A stretch of 63,945 nucleotides of DNA, the filler included, from Dicyema japonicum (lineage: Eukaryota > Animalia > Dicyemida), in assembly GCA_011109175.1 (NCBI GenBank). It is 6 parts of 6 records of this genome, joined end to end, with 100 filler letters (N's around TTAATTAATTAA, not from the genome) between each part and the next. Parts side by side here need not be neighbours in the genome. Positions count along the whole stretch, not along the records: positions 1 to 13,477 come from RDEW01000126.1; 5 more parts are not named here. One strand, 5' to 3'. Both the position numbers and the translations under genes were made by a program. This document shows, piece after piece, positions 1-12,372 of this stretch. Positions within the stretch are counted from its first letter, which is position 1. Each line of letters opens with the position of its first letter. The notes beneath the pieces were generated by a model that ran no database searches, had not been told where the DNA came from, and saw nothing but the letters and a program-made list of their open reading frames with translations.

Positions 1-665
1 GGTTATTGCATGGGAACAACTCTCCAAGGTCGGAGGGAATACTGTGTATGATTCAATACTGGTCGGAGGTAGTAGTTCCAACCATTGCAACGCCGCCAAA
101 AAGACTGTGGATCATTTTGCTACTAGATGCGGCAGAATGTTGAACAGCGATTACCTGCGGCGCCACAATGAGGTGGTAAGGTGCATTCACTTGCACATCT
201 GCCGACAATATGGAATAAAACAGTCTAGGAAGCTGTGGATCATTTTGCTACTAGATGCGGCAGAATGTTGAACAGCGATTACCTGCGTCGCCACAATGAG
301 GTGGTAAGGTGCATTCACTTGCACATCTGCCGACAATATGGGATAAAACAGTCTAGGAAGTTGAAGACCCACTCCGTTCAGTCGACTGTCTCTAATGAGG
401 TGGTCGAAATACGGGTGGACACGACGATCAAGACGGATACTAAGTCAATAATAAACCGGACATTTTTGTCTACGACAAGGTTCGGAACATCATTACGCTC
501 ATCGAAGTTGGGATTACTTTTCAACAATTTTCAAAGCATGTGAAAGTCAGAGAAATTACATAAATACGATCTCTTGGCAAGCAAATTAATGTTAATCCAC
601 AATGCGAAAGTGAGAGTGGTACCACTGGTTTTCCCATGGGATGGAATAGTATCCAAATTTTACAA
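1..665 (+). mobile_element. Degenerate RLE-type non-LTR retrotransposon, CCHC knuckle plus restriction-like endonuclease (R4/Dong-like family)
   Basis: Across frameshifts reads DHFATRC..YLRRHNEVVRCIHLHICRQYGIK..NKPDIFVYDK..LIEVGIT..KYDLLA..VVPLVFPWDG (RHN, KPD and IE motifs). Contains a ~129-nt internal duplication. Confidence 0.85.
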
Positions 666-671
666 NAAATG

Positions 672-800
672 AAATAGTCACTTTCAATATGAGAATAGTC
701 ACTTTCAAAATGGAATAGTCACTTTCAATATGAGAATAGTCACTTTCAAAATGGAATAGTCACTTTCAATATGAGAATAACCACTTTCAAAATGACAACA
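672..800. repeat. Minisatellite of alternating 21/20-nt units
   Basis: AATAGTCACTTTCAATATGAG and AATAGTCACTTTCAAAATGG alternate for about 6 units, then decay. Confidence 0.9.
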
Positions 801-1139
801 GTAAATAACTACGTTCAAAATGACAACAAAAAAAAGAATATCCATTTTAAAATTTATTAAAATTCCATGTTTTCAAGATTTAATGCACGGGTTATCCTTG
901 ATTGAATACTTGCTATACAGCTATTACAAACAGACGGTGTAATTGTTGCAAATGCTGCTTTCATTAATCTTTCGAGTATTCTTACTCTTTGTTCAGAAGT
1001 ACTAAGATTTGAGTCCCTTGAACCAAGAATTGACATCATCTCTTNTATTCCACTTTTAAAATTCCAATAATTTTATAAATCGTTAATTATTGGTTTAAAG
1101 ATAAATAAATTATAACGTGATGATGTGTACGTATTAAGA

Positions 1140-1795
1140 ATGGTAAGACTAAAAATCATCATTTGGATAGAACTGTGACAGACTCATTGAACGACTAACA
1201 ATATACTCAAAACTAAGATGGTGTTGTACATCACTTCTGCTTCTATGCTTTGCATTGCGTATCATAATCGGTCAAGGCTGGTACGTGGTTGCCTTACTCA
1301 AAACTAAGATGGTGTTGTACATCACTTCTGCTTCTATGCTTTGCATTGCGTATCATAATCGGTCAAGGCTGGTACGTGGTTGCCTATATTTTGGGCCTCC
1401 ATTTGCTGAAATGGTTTGTAGAATTTATTTCTCCACGTTTTTTACCTGATGAAAATTATAACCTCCCAAATCAAGTGGAAAAAGAATTTCGACCATTTGT
1501 AAGAATACTTCCTGAATTCAAATTCTGGTAAATTTGTTTATTTTTATTCTTTTGGTTGCGAGGAACTACATCCATTTCCCTCGGACTCTTCCTGACTTTA
1601 TTTAACTTCCTCGACATACCTGTATATGTCCCTATTCTTGCGGGCTACTTTCTCTTCTTATTATTTTTTACACTCTTCGGGCGTGTTAAGGTAATCAAAG
1701 TAATTGTTTCTTTGTAGCATATGATCAATCACGGATATCTTCCTTTTGACGTTGGCAAGACAAAGTACACTCCAGTTGACATTACTAGAATTTGA
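1140..1795 (+). CDS. RER1: RER1 Golgi-to-ER retrieval receptor, 3 micro-introns
   Basis: Spliced: M|NCDRLIERLTIYSKLRW..QGWYVVAYILG..KEFRPFVRILPEFKFW|LRGTT..LDIPVYVPIL..RVK|HMINHGYLPFDVGKTKY..TGA. Introns 1143-1170, 1528-1554 (ends TG) and 1691-1717. A 91-nt duplication at 1204-1385 is probably an assembly artefact. Confidence 0.9.
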
Positions 1796-2238
1796 ACTAA
1801 TATTTTTTAATTCGATCTCGTTATATATACACTAGTTCAAAATAATTCCGTATTTATTTTACGTGTTCTATAAATAATTTTTAATTCTATTGCAATGCTA
1901 ATAAGGAACAACTCTTGGGAATGAAATATTCGTTTTATTTCAAACAAGATTTTTCCAGAATTATATGTGGTACCGATACTGTAATAAGTTTGGTTTTTGA
2001 GAAAGATTTTTTTCATTATAAACCATACACTAAACTACATTCTAAAGCCGATTTTAATATTTGTTAGGTCTAAATTCCGTGCTTACAGTACCGAAAAGCA
2101 CCTTCATAATATTGAAGCTCGGAATTTAGACAAAAATCGATCTGGAACACCAACTACCAGGGAGAATTAACGGGCGGTGATATTATGATATTTTAGTGTA
2201 TTTTAAATTATTAAAAAGTGACAAATCAATCAAATATA

Positions 2239-4008
2239 TTAATAATAAAAGTAGCAAGCCTGGCACAACAGGACAATTAGATTCGTGTTAATGAGGATTG
2301 TACGATTATCAACGCACATTTCACTGATCAGTAAATTAATGATGTCAGCGTGAAAAATGAGCGAATTCCCCAATATTTGGTTCAGTAGATCCGAAATGCT
2401 TATTTTGTTCATGATTATGGCGGCTGTCTCATTATAATTGAATACATCTGTCATTGTAAGATGTAGTGAAATTAGTAATATCAGACTCAATAGAGTCATA
2501 TGTCCAGTGAATTCCGAAAGATTGACAATGCTTTTAGTTTTGCATTTGTCAAATATTATATTATTCAAAACAGATGCGACTTGTTTAAGTTTATCAATCA
2601 AGAGAAAATATCTTTTGTGGTTGTCAAAACTCTTAATATTTTCCCTTACAAGATATTCAGTAATTTTTATTGTGTCTGTAAAATCAGGCTCTTCTTGACC
2701 AACAAAAGCAATGACAACCAGCTTGTTAAAATTATTATCTGAAGTAACCACAAGTAAATCATTAAGACTCAACTTGCTAACTGAGTAACCAGCTAGGTTT
2801 GGCAAGCACATTACCATCTGAGTGATGAAATATATTGTTGATTTGATAGAATTTTTACACATCTTCAACTCAAGACTCCACTGTTCAAATGTCTTTACTG
2901 AAGCTGCAGAGACTTTTAACCCGTAATTATGAAAGTCTTTCCCTTTTTTTGTTTTGATTGCTTTGGAATATATGGGGTCCATAAATGCTTCGAGTAAAAC
3001 AAATTCACGACCGGAAAGCTATAATATTAAACTATCAAGCAAGTACTATTTGGAAAAACTTATCCCTTTTAGAAAACGAAATTATATAATCATTTGTGGC
3101 TCCTACAATTTTAGAATTACTAGAAAAAGAAATATTGGTTTGAATAGAAAGTCTTTCCATGTAGAGGATTTTATTTTTCAACAAAATTAATTTTTCTACA
3201 ATTTTGCATAGTTTCATATTAATTGGAATGGAGAAATCACATTGTTCAAATAGAATTTTAAGCATCGGGCTTGCAAAATAAAATTGTAACATTTCTGTGG
3301 GAATATTGTGATATAATCCGTCAGTTATAGTAAAGGACGTCATATTGAAATTTTCAAATGAGCTATTAAAACTCTGGCTTTTAAGCACATTAGAATTCTC
3401 TGTTTTTTCTGTAATATTTTCCTAATTGATAATTAGGTTTTTAAATTGTAATACGCTAATGACGACGTTTTTTTGAATATAATCTGTAATCTGATAATAT
3501 CTAATTTCAACAAAACATTACTGATTCCGACGATTCTGTGTCATTTACCAAAGAAGTGGAAACAAATCTTGTGTTATTCAACAGATTTTTAGGCAAAATA
3601 TTGTTGGGCATAATCTTCCTCCGTATTTCATCGAATTCTGATCTATTATATCAATACTAAATACCTTCTGTTATGTCAAAACTCTCGTATTGCGAGTTTT
3701 CGCACTTATAAAGAAGATAACAACTATTAGCTTACAGAATTAATGCTTTCGTTTTGTGGTAGAAGAAACTCGAGTTCCTTGATCTATTATATCAATACTA
3801 AATACCTTCTGTTATGTCAAAACTCTCGTATTGCGAGTTTTCGCACTTATAAAGAAGATAACAACTATTAGCTTACAGAATTAATGCTTTCGTTTTGTGG
3901 TAGAAGAAACTCGAGTTCCTTAAGCTCATCATAATGTTTTTTGATATCTCTTTGACAGTTTCTGCAGAAGTTTGGCATCCATATATTCTCCTTAAAATTT
4001 GTACACAT
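2239..4008 (-). CDS. Multi-exon unknown protein with N-terminal C-x-F-x-W-x-CxxC-x-H Zn-finger-like motif
   Basis: ATG at 4008 gives MCTNFKENIWMPNFCRNCQRDIKKH. Five GT-AG introns (31, 27, 31, 33, 28 nt) join it in frame to ORFs 3035-3388 and 2239-2982. A 141-nt duplication at 3640-3921 is a likely artefact. Confidence 0.65.
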
Positions 4009-4550
4009 TCAAGAAATTTAGAGGTTAATTTGCGCACGACGTGATATTATGAAAACTTAATCCGTAATCGTAACTGTTACGGATAATCAGTTAAGCCGTG
4101 ACAAAAAGAAGCATAATAGATATTTCTTAAAAAGTAATCGACAAGTTCTTTACGACTTCTGAATAGTATTAAGTCACTCCAAGCAGTAAATCAGATCTTA
4201 GTCAACATGGAACATGAAAAGTCTTAAATGAGTCAGACGGAGATTAAGCCTATAATCAACACGAAAAAAATGGAAAAGCTACAGTTTAAGTAAAAAATTT
4301 TCCAAGATTACACAAAAGTCGGAATCCTAACAATTATATGGGACTTTTATCTGCCTGAATTTGTCGACAAGTAAGAGAAACTCTAAATATTTCAAATATA
4401 ATTTTGAGAACAATCATCACAAAGTGTGGGTTCAATTTTCTCTAAAGATGTAAATAAATTTAATGGTAGACAGTATATTCTCGAATCCAAATGATTTCAT
4501 AACAGTCATCAAATCAGAACAACATTACGACTAATTAACTAATTAATTTC

Positions 4551-4775
4551 CTAACTAAGTCCAGAGCCTTCGAAGTGAACAGAGGATGGCACTCCACGCA
4601 CCTCCTCCCCTTCTTCCTCCTCTTCTCTGGCTCTGTAGACCTCCGAGAAGGTGCAGTCCAGCGCCTCTCGCTGACTAAATGTCAGGAAAGGACTGGATCG
4701 GCGAGCATCAAACGAGATACTCTCCAGAGTCCTCTTAAGAACAGTTGACTGCATATAAGCCTGTAGAGACTTANG
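4551..4775 (-). mobile_element. 3' end of the R4/Dong-like RLE non-LTR family
   Basis: AYMQSTVLKRTLES matches YIQSVVLKKTLES at 7616-7933. DCTFSEVYRAREEEEE is shared with 30175-30420. A TTAG/TAAT-rich tail follows. Confidence 0.7.
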
Positions 4776-4869
4776 AATAATCTCCCCCTGAACTAATAAA
4801 AAAATGTTTTGAGCTCCCACAAAAGAGTTCTGGAAGTCTATAAGGCAAAAGGAAAACAAATTAAGTATT

Positions 4870-5077
4870 AAAAAACTAGTGGTCACGTTTTTTTTGAACA
4901 AAGATTTTTTGGAATATGTTGTTACTTTGAAATTTAGCCGAACGTGACAAAAATAAAAATTGAATTGTGTAGATAAAAAGATTTTAAATTTAGTATTCCT
5001 TGGAAATTTTCAAAAATAAGTCATAAAAATTAAAAAAACATACATTTTCAAGTGGTCACGTTTTTTTTGAACAGACT
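4870..5077. mobile_element. Terminal fragment of a Tc1/mariner-like non-autonomous element
   Basis: Ends in GAACAGACTG|TA. The subterminal motif AGTGGTCACGTTTTTTTTGAACA occurs twice. Confidence 0.4.
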
Positions 5078-5849
5078 GTATGTTCGCCAAAACCGGATGA
5101 GAACCACTCTTCCATAATTCAAATAAGCTTTTCAGCACGTTCATTTTCTTATCTTGTTTCAGAATTGTGTTGTCTACATGGCGAGAAAATTAGAGACGCA
5201 TATCGAGAGTCACTCTGACTCCTCTGACTTCTGTTGAAAGATACGACCATATTTTTCAGCTTCAAAGCAATTGTCTTCCTTCCCATTATTTTATCAGACC
5301 TTATACCAAAAAAATATTATACATCTCCGAAAGATTTACGTTGGATTACATGCATGGCCAACCCTAAAAATTAGCAACGAATACAAAATACGTCAAGAAG
5401 AAATTAAGAGATTTCCTCGACACCTACCAAATTGTTTCAGCTGGAACTAGAAGAATGTGCCAGGATGCAGAGGAATTGAATCACTGTATTAATCGAGAAT
5501 TCGATAACTGTTTATATTCTATTTGGATTGATACATGTTTCATCCATGTTTCGGCGATTTATTATATTATTAAGTCTACTCCCCCTCGGAGCATCGACGA
5601 AATATCGGATATCCTTTATGTTGCGTAATCACCGTATNTCTCAGCTGGAACTAGAAGATTGTGCCAGGGAGCGAAGGAATTGAATCACTGTATTAATTGA
5701 GAATTCGATAACTGTTTATATTCTACTTGGATTGATACATGTTTCATCCAGGTTTCGGCGATTTATTATATTATTAAGTCTACTCCCCCTCGAAGCATCG
5801 ACGAGATATCGGATATCCTGTATGCTGCGCAATCAGCGTATCTGTCCTT

Positions 5850-7933
5850 AACGTATAAAACGAGGACTAATTCTAACTGGGTAGAAGCTACAGAGAAAAA
5901 AATTACAGCCTTAATGGGCTATCATAAAATAAGCTACAGTAACCAAGCACTCCCCATGTCCGAAAAGCAATAAGTGATGGATGTGTTGTGTGAATATGGC
6001 TATAAGAAATACAAAAAGAGAAAACTATCCAGAAACCAATCACTAATTGAAGACTTAATACGGATTAAAAAAACAAATATCTGTTCACAAAACGAAGAGT
6101 GAGTTCTGAAAAGACAACAAATGCTTTGAGTTAAACCGCCGAAGGTTTTATAGGAATCTAGACGAAAATTGTGTTGCTAAATTGAAATTTGAGGACTACG
6201 AATGCATGAATTTTTGGAGAAGCGTTTGGAGTGAAAAAGCAGGAAACTCAGAATTCGATGGTGTCGTAATGAGACGAACAATTAGTTGTGAGACACCGAC
6301 GCCTGACTTTAGTGAAGAGTTTTTTGAAGTGAAAAAGCAGAAAACTCAGAATTCGATGGTGTCGTAATGAGACGAACAACTTACCGTGAGAGACCGACGC
6401 CCGACTTTAGTGAAGAGTTTGTTCTGAGCACGATCAAATGGAATTATGACTGGAAGGCAAGTGGTTGCGATGGAGTCTAAAATTTTTTTATTTCAAAAAT
6501 GGACTTGCTGCATAAGCCCCTATGCAAGGAGATTACCAGAATAGTTCGGGGAGATTACATTTCAGGAAGATGGTTCTATACTGGAATCGAATATTTGATC
6601 CCCAAAAAAACGTTTGTGAAACCCCAAACGATTTTCGTCCAATCACGTGCATACCTAATCCATACAAGATAGTAACTAAATGGGTAAACTCGAAACTATC
6701 AGACTTTGTTGATTCATTTTGTTTAATTTCCGATAACCAGCTCGGGACGAAAAAGCAATGTCAGGGTGCAAAAGAACAGGCCCTCATTAATCAATGTATC
6801 AATAAGGAGTATCAGAACAATCTCTACTCAGCATGGATTGATGCCAAGAAAGAATTCGATTATGTCGATCATGCCTTTCTATTCCATGTACTGGAGTGTT
6901 CAGGGATCTCTTTGTGGATAACCGCCTTTGTGGAGAGTATTGTTAAGAGATGGACTGTAAGCCTCCAAATTAACCAACGAAAAATTGGCTACGTAGAGTT
7001 TAGTTGTGGGATCTTACAAGGGGATTCATTATCCCCCCCAATTGTCCGTTATAATTGGTTAATGAAGAGGATCGAATGCAAACCTCTGCATTCCTTACTA
7101 TTCAAATGTCTGAATGACCAGAGTGTGGATTTAGAAACCTCAAGCAAGTGGCTTTGGAAAGGGAATATTTCTACCAGAAGTGTGACACTATATTGCCTAC
7201 TGCAGGATAGGAATCTGTTTTTTTCAACCAAGGGAGCATTGTGTAATCATTGTATGAAAAGCAAAAAACCAGTCACCTGGCAACCCAGTACGGCAAAACG
7301 CTCAACAGCGATTTAAAAAATTGAAAGAGTACTCAGTCCAGTCAATCATATTTACACAAAATGTTGAAATACGTGTTGATTCTTCAATACTTACAGATAC
7401 AAACATCCAGTGCAACATTTAAAAAATTGAAAGGATACTCAGTCCAGTCAATCATATCCACATAAACTGTTGAATTACTTGTCGATTATTTAATAATCAC
7501 AAATACGAAAATTAAGTGTAACGAGCCCGATATATTTGTGTATGACAAAATAAATAACGAAATTACTCTTATCGAAGTGGGAATCACTTCCTAGGACCGC
7601 CTGAAGCAGGTCGAAGTGAGAAATGCCATAAATACGCTCTTTTGGCCGAGGTTGTCCATCCTCTACGACGATAAAGTGAAAATAATTCCACTGGTTTTGA
7701 CATGGAACGGGGTCGTTTTCAAGTTTTTCAAGAACTACATTAAAAAATTGGCTATCGAAGACGGAAATCAGACTTACATACAGTCAGTTGTGTTGAAGAA
7801 AACACTGGAGAGTATGATAGTTGAGCACAGGATCAGAATCACTGATGAAGAGATAAATTTAGCCAGTAGCCTCTTAATTGAAGCAAATCATTCGTATGAA
7901 GAAAATATAGAAAGTGAGGAAAAGAAGCCGTAA
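5850..7933 (+). mobile_element. Degenerate, internally deleted RLE non-LTR retrotransposon (RT plus RLE)
   Basis: FELNRRRFYRNL; RT motifs FRPITCIPNPYKI, NQLG, WIDAKKEFD and GILQGDSLSP; then CNHC, EPDIFVYDK, IEVGITS and IIPLVLTWNG. Confidence 0.9.
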
Positions 7934-8277
7934 CTGATTTGGTGACAGAGGATAAAGAAGTGGTGTTGGTTACTTCCTCCTCTAAAAAAAAAGATTAATC
8001 TCCAGAGTCATCCGTGTAAATTGATGCGAAGAAAGCATTCGTGACTATCTATACTGTAAAGCTCTGGTCTTCTTAATTAGATTGTAGGCTTAATATCAAA
8101 ACCTTTTTGTTACTCCAATACTGAAACCTGTTTTTTGAATATTAAAAAAATAAATGTAAAGCAATGACTTCAATATAATAAAATAATTTTTAAAAATACG
8201 GAAAATTGATTAATCTTGAGAAAACGTGAGTTGAAATAACACAGAATGAACTCGTCTAACTTTTTGAAGAGATTTGT

Positions 8278-8730
8278 AAGCAATTGGCTTAAGTGTAGAT
8301 AATCAAAACCATAATGGCTACGGAAAGTCATTAAAACTGCAAATTCAGGACACTGGCGGAAAAGATTGGTTTCGACCCATAACGACGAGTTACTACCAGG
8401 GGGCGTAGGAAGTGCTCATAATCTACGACGTGAGTGACGCGGACAGTTTTAACAACGTAGTGCGTATTGGATGCAAGAAGCAAGTCGGTTGCTGTGAAAC
8501 AAGTCCAGTTTGTGTTTGTGGGCAACAAGTGTGACTTAACCCAGCGAGTGATTTCTCGGGAGGATGGGGAGAACTTTTCCGAGACACGGAGACCTCGGCC
8601 AAGAATGTGTAGGAAGTGTTCCACAAAATTTCACTCGAGATCAAGGCCGCCTACGAGTGGACAAGGGTCACTTATGGCGTCCAAACCGGGAGTCGAGATC
8701 TCCAAGTCAGTAGTCACTAAACGTGTTTAG
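8278..8730 (+). pseudogene. Intronless Rab (Rab1-like) GTPase pseudogene
   Basis: [41 protein letters not shown], then after frameshifts FVGNKCDLTQRVISREDGENFSE and TSAKNV*EVF. G3/G4/G5-like motifs with stops, frameshifts and no introns. Confidence 0.85.
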
Positions 8731-9724
8731 TCCGCAGTTCGGAAAGTAGTTTCCTTTCCAATCCCCAAAATCATTTTAATAGCTCAAATCTGTGCTGCAG
8801 CGATTGGAATGTGACACTCATTTTTATCAAATTGGGCAATATTGTTAACACATGTCCTGAGATGATATCTTTTACTTGCTTTACGTCAACAGAATTACTC
8901 AAATTATAATTTTAGTGTCAATTTTGGCTTCTCAGTCAACGTTGCTATCCCTCATCTGCAGCTGCGTTTGTCTGCAATATATAACACTGTATTTAAAGCG
9001 GATTAGATAACTATTCTTGGAGTGTTATTTCCTTTATTTAGAATTCAATTTTGAGTTTAATTTTCCTGATTGCTAACTCGATTTCATGTTGGATTGACTT
9101 GAAGTAATGTCGGCACACATCTCTCACCACTATGGCAATGTCCTTAATCATTAGATCACAACAAGACTTGAGTGTTTGTCAAGACATGTTATACATTTAT
9201 TAATCGTTTCAACCTGTTGGCCATTCCTCGACGATTTCCCCCATGAACGACTTTGTAATCCCAGAGAGGACAATTATTATATTCTGACTGGGCATTGTAC
9301 CATACTGAAGACTTGAGGATAAGTTAAGTTTTACACCTTTTTTATAGAGGACCGAAAGAATGTGGCTCTTCAATATTTTTAATATCGATCAAGTTGCTGT
9401 TCATTGAAATGTGCAATGAGACATCTAATTTGTCATTGACTTGATGTCTACTTGGGTAGATTCGGTTGGGTCTTTCGTTGTTTCAGCGTTGAATTGTTTG
9501 TTGCATCTCCATCGTTTGGGAGGCGAAAATTTTAATTTCTCAATAATAATTTTTTAAAAACTTTCTCAATGAGTTTGAGTTTATCTTATATATTATTTTA
9601 TAAAAATATATAATTTGAAAAATATAAATCAAACCGGAATCAATGTTCTAAAAAAGAGGGAAAAATAATATTTTCTCAAGTGTAGTGATATGGAGATTTG
9701 TTTTCAACTTGTTATTAATTTAAG

Positions 9725-10166
9725 TGTGCAACAACAATATTGGCTATGAAATACCGTGGTGGAGTTTTGCTGGCAGCCGACTCCAGGAGAACCAAAAAAT
9801 ATATAGATGGAAGTCGAAAATGTATTTCTTTTTTTAATCTTGTAGATAAAGATGGAGTGGAAAAAATAGGAGTTTTTTCACATAATTTGGTTGCGGGGTT
9901 CGCTGGAAATGTCAACCTGAGTANTTGTATCAGTGAAATACCGCGGAGGAGTTTTGCTTGCAGCAGACTCCAGGAGAACCAAAAAATATAAAGATGCAAG
10001 TCGGAAATATATTTCATTTTTTAATCTTGTAGATAAAGATGGAGTGGAAAAAATAGGAGTTTTTTCACATAATTTGGTTGCAGGGTTCGCTGGAAATGTC
10101 AACCTGAGTAGAAAAATTCGAGAAAAGTTAAAGTATCATTCAAGAAAAGCCTTTAGTTTTTATTGA
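9725..10166 (+). pseudogene. Partial, divergent proteasome beta-type subunit (Ntn hydrolase) gene
   Basis: TTILAMKYRGGVLLAADSR..K(24-nt intron)..EKIGVFSHNLVAGFAG. Duplicated across the n at 9924. I could not build a consistent C-terminal exon chain. Confidence 0.65.
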
Positions 10167-10819
10167 TCCTTTTTTGATTCTTCGTTATTTTAAATAGATT
10201 TCTTGTTAATAAATAAATCTGAATAAAGATAAATAAAGAAGAAAAATTCATTTGAATCATCATCTTGGATAGTTCGCATGTATAAAAAAAGGTATAAAAG
10301 ACCAATATAAAAATTTCAAAATAATAAAAGATTGAGTTTAGAGGAATAAAATCAAAATAAATCATAAGAATAATGAAATTTCAAGTTCTGTAATCAGTAA
10401 ATGAAAGTCCATAACGAGTTTTTCCTTCCAAATCAAATTAAATAAGCATGAAGAAAAACACAAATAGATAGTAACAAACTAAATCAACCACGTGTATCAG
10501 CGTGCTATAATTTATTAGGTTTCCTTTAAAAATAGGCTAACCATAGTATAGTAACTTTAATTATAATAAATATAAATTTTATTTCTATTAATAATACATC
10601 CAATGATAAAATATACATTTTTATGTGTTTGTTCAGTATTACATGCATCATGTCAGGCTGTATTTTGCATTGATTGGTCACTGAAACCTTTGGGCAATTA
10701 TTAATTAGTGGATTCACAAATATAAAACGGAAATCTTCGTGAAATTTTTTTTCTGCAACCGGATTATTTGAAAATTTGTATTTTTCATTCTCTCAAAATT
10801 AAATTTTATTGATTGGCTG

Positions 10820-10960
10820 TTTGGTTCAGACGTGGCCCGACAGCAACTCCAGTTCTGAGAGAGTTTTAGTGGGGAAGAGTTCCTGTGGATACTGTCGGAA
10901 TTGCGTTAAGGCAGGCGCCAGTGTGCTGGTAGCGGCAGAAAGAAAATAGGCCGACGGTCC
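10820..10960 (+). mobile_element. Probable CRE-like RLE fragment
   Basis: GC-rich patch reading WPDS..GKS..(W)DTV..AGASVLVAAERK, resembling RPDG..GK.L.WD.T..AG..A..AE.RK. Confidence 0.4.
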
Positions 10961-11339
10961 TGGTTGACGGCCTGTATTGCCTCTCGTCAAAATGAACTTT
11001 GTTTATTCATTTGTACTTACTGCGTCGTCCGTATAATAAATACAAACATTCCCAAATTATTCTAGTTTTTCAAATGACACGGTACACGACAGTAATCTCT
11101 TTGAGATTCAAAGCCGGGGTGAGCCTAGCTGCCGACAGTACATCTAATATTGATTGAAAACCATATAAATAAATGTAACTTTNGAGTAACTCAGGGTTTT
11201 GAGTGCGAGTAAAGTGGCAGATTTGGTCTAGCATTTGTTGAACATTTGTGTGTGTTAATTTCTCTACATGTTTTGGCTCTGTTTTCTTATCAGAATTTAA
11301 GTCACTGTCATTATCTTCAGAATCTGAGGCTGTTTGGAA

Positions 11340-12204
11340 TTGCCCAACTAGGAATGATTCCTAATCTTTGGGATTTTTGGTTGGTAGTTCAACTCTAAGT
11401 TGAAAAATTCTTGTTCTGTTATTGGATTATCGACAAGTCTATTCATGAGGGACATGAACAGTAAAATATCGTCGCAGTTAAATATATCCTCTTGTCGAGG
11501 TCCCTCAATTAAAAAAGGTACACGTTCCATCCAGTCAGAAACAAAATTACTGTCAACATTTGCTTCTTTACAACTGATACAGTAGGACTGGACTGAGTAA
11601 CGAGACTTATACCTGCATAACCAGCCAGTGGAAGCTTTAAAATCATTTTCGCCTAGTGCTTTTGCAAACTCTGTAGCTTTTGCAATAATAATTGGTTCTG
11701 AAAAACACAAGTTTTTGGAACGTGCTATCTAGAACCACTCCCAAATGATTTTATTCAAATTTTCAGTTGTGGTCAAAACGTTTTTTAGCAGAATTTGCGT
11801 TTTTATTGAATAATTCCGAATAAATATCAGCCTTTTTAAGTATGTCTGATACAGTGCTGCATCAACTCCATACTTCTTGCTGAGAAATTTTTGTGTCGGC
11901 TTAAGTGTTTGGTTTGGTTCATTTATTATTTGAATTTTCTTCTATAAAGACAATTCGCAACGTAATCGTTTTCTTTGCAGAGCTATCATCTTTTAGTTTT
12001 TGATTTTCTGACGAGTTGTTCGCAATTCAAGGCCGGTTCATGATAAAATAAAATTCAAGTTGGGACTACAAAATACGCCCGGTATTCGGAATAGAGGAGA
12101 TGAAATAGCAGCGATGGCCTATGAGGTGAATCGGGACCAGAAGTTAAGTCCGGTTTTAAGGGAATTCCGGTATACTGAGGAGTCAGTTTAGAGGGGTTTG
12201 ACTG
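11340..12204 (-). mobile_element. Tigger/pogo transposon 5' portion with terminal repeat
   Basis: CENP-B HTH IIAKATEFAKALGENDFKASTGWL and EDIFNCD. Terminus TA|CAGTCAAACCCCTC at 12204, matching the end at 30808. Confidence 0.85.
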
Positions 12205-12372
12205 TATATGATTTTTAGGGAAAAAAGTCCAATACTTCAATTCCTCTTTGATTTAAATACATTTTTTATTATAAATAAAATTATGAATTTTATCTCTATA
12301 AAATAGATGTGCAAAAACATATTCAGGCTAAATAAACAAAAAAAGAAAATTAAAACCCCGAAAAACAATTAA

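Noticed and set aside
8331-8624. Minus-strand 97-aa ORF as an endonuclease fragment
   Set aside because: It is the antisense of the Rab pseudogene, which fits much better.
8760-9530. Possible hAT transposase remnant
   Set aside because: Only weak, scattered motif echoes that I cannot support.
10810-11091. RNase MRP/P-like motif or solo LTR
   Set aside because: No complementary P4 strand and no TSD found. CRE-like coding remnants explain the GC content.
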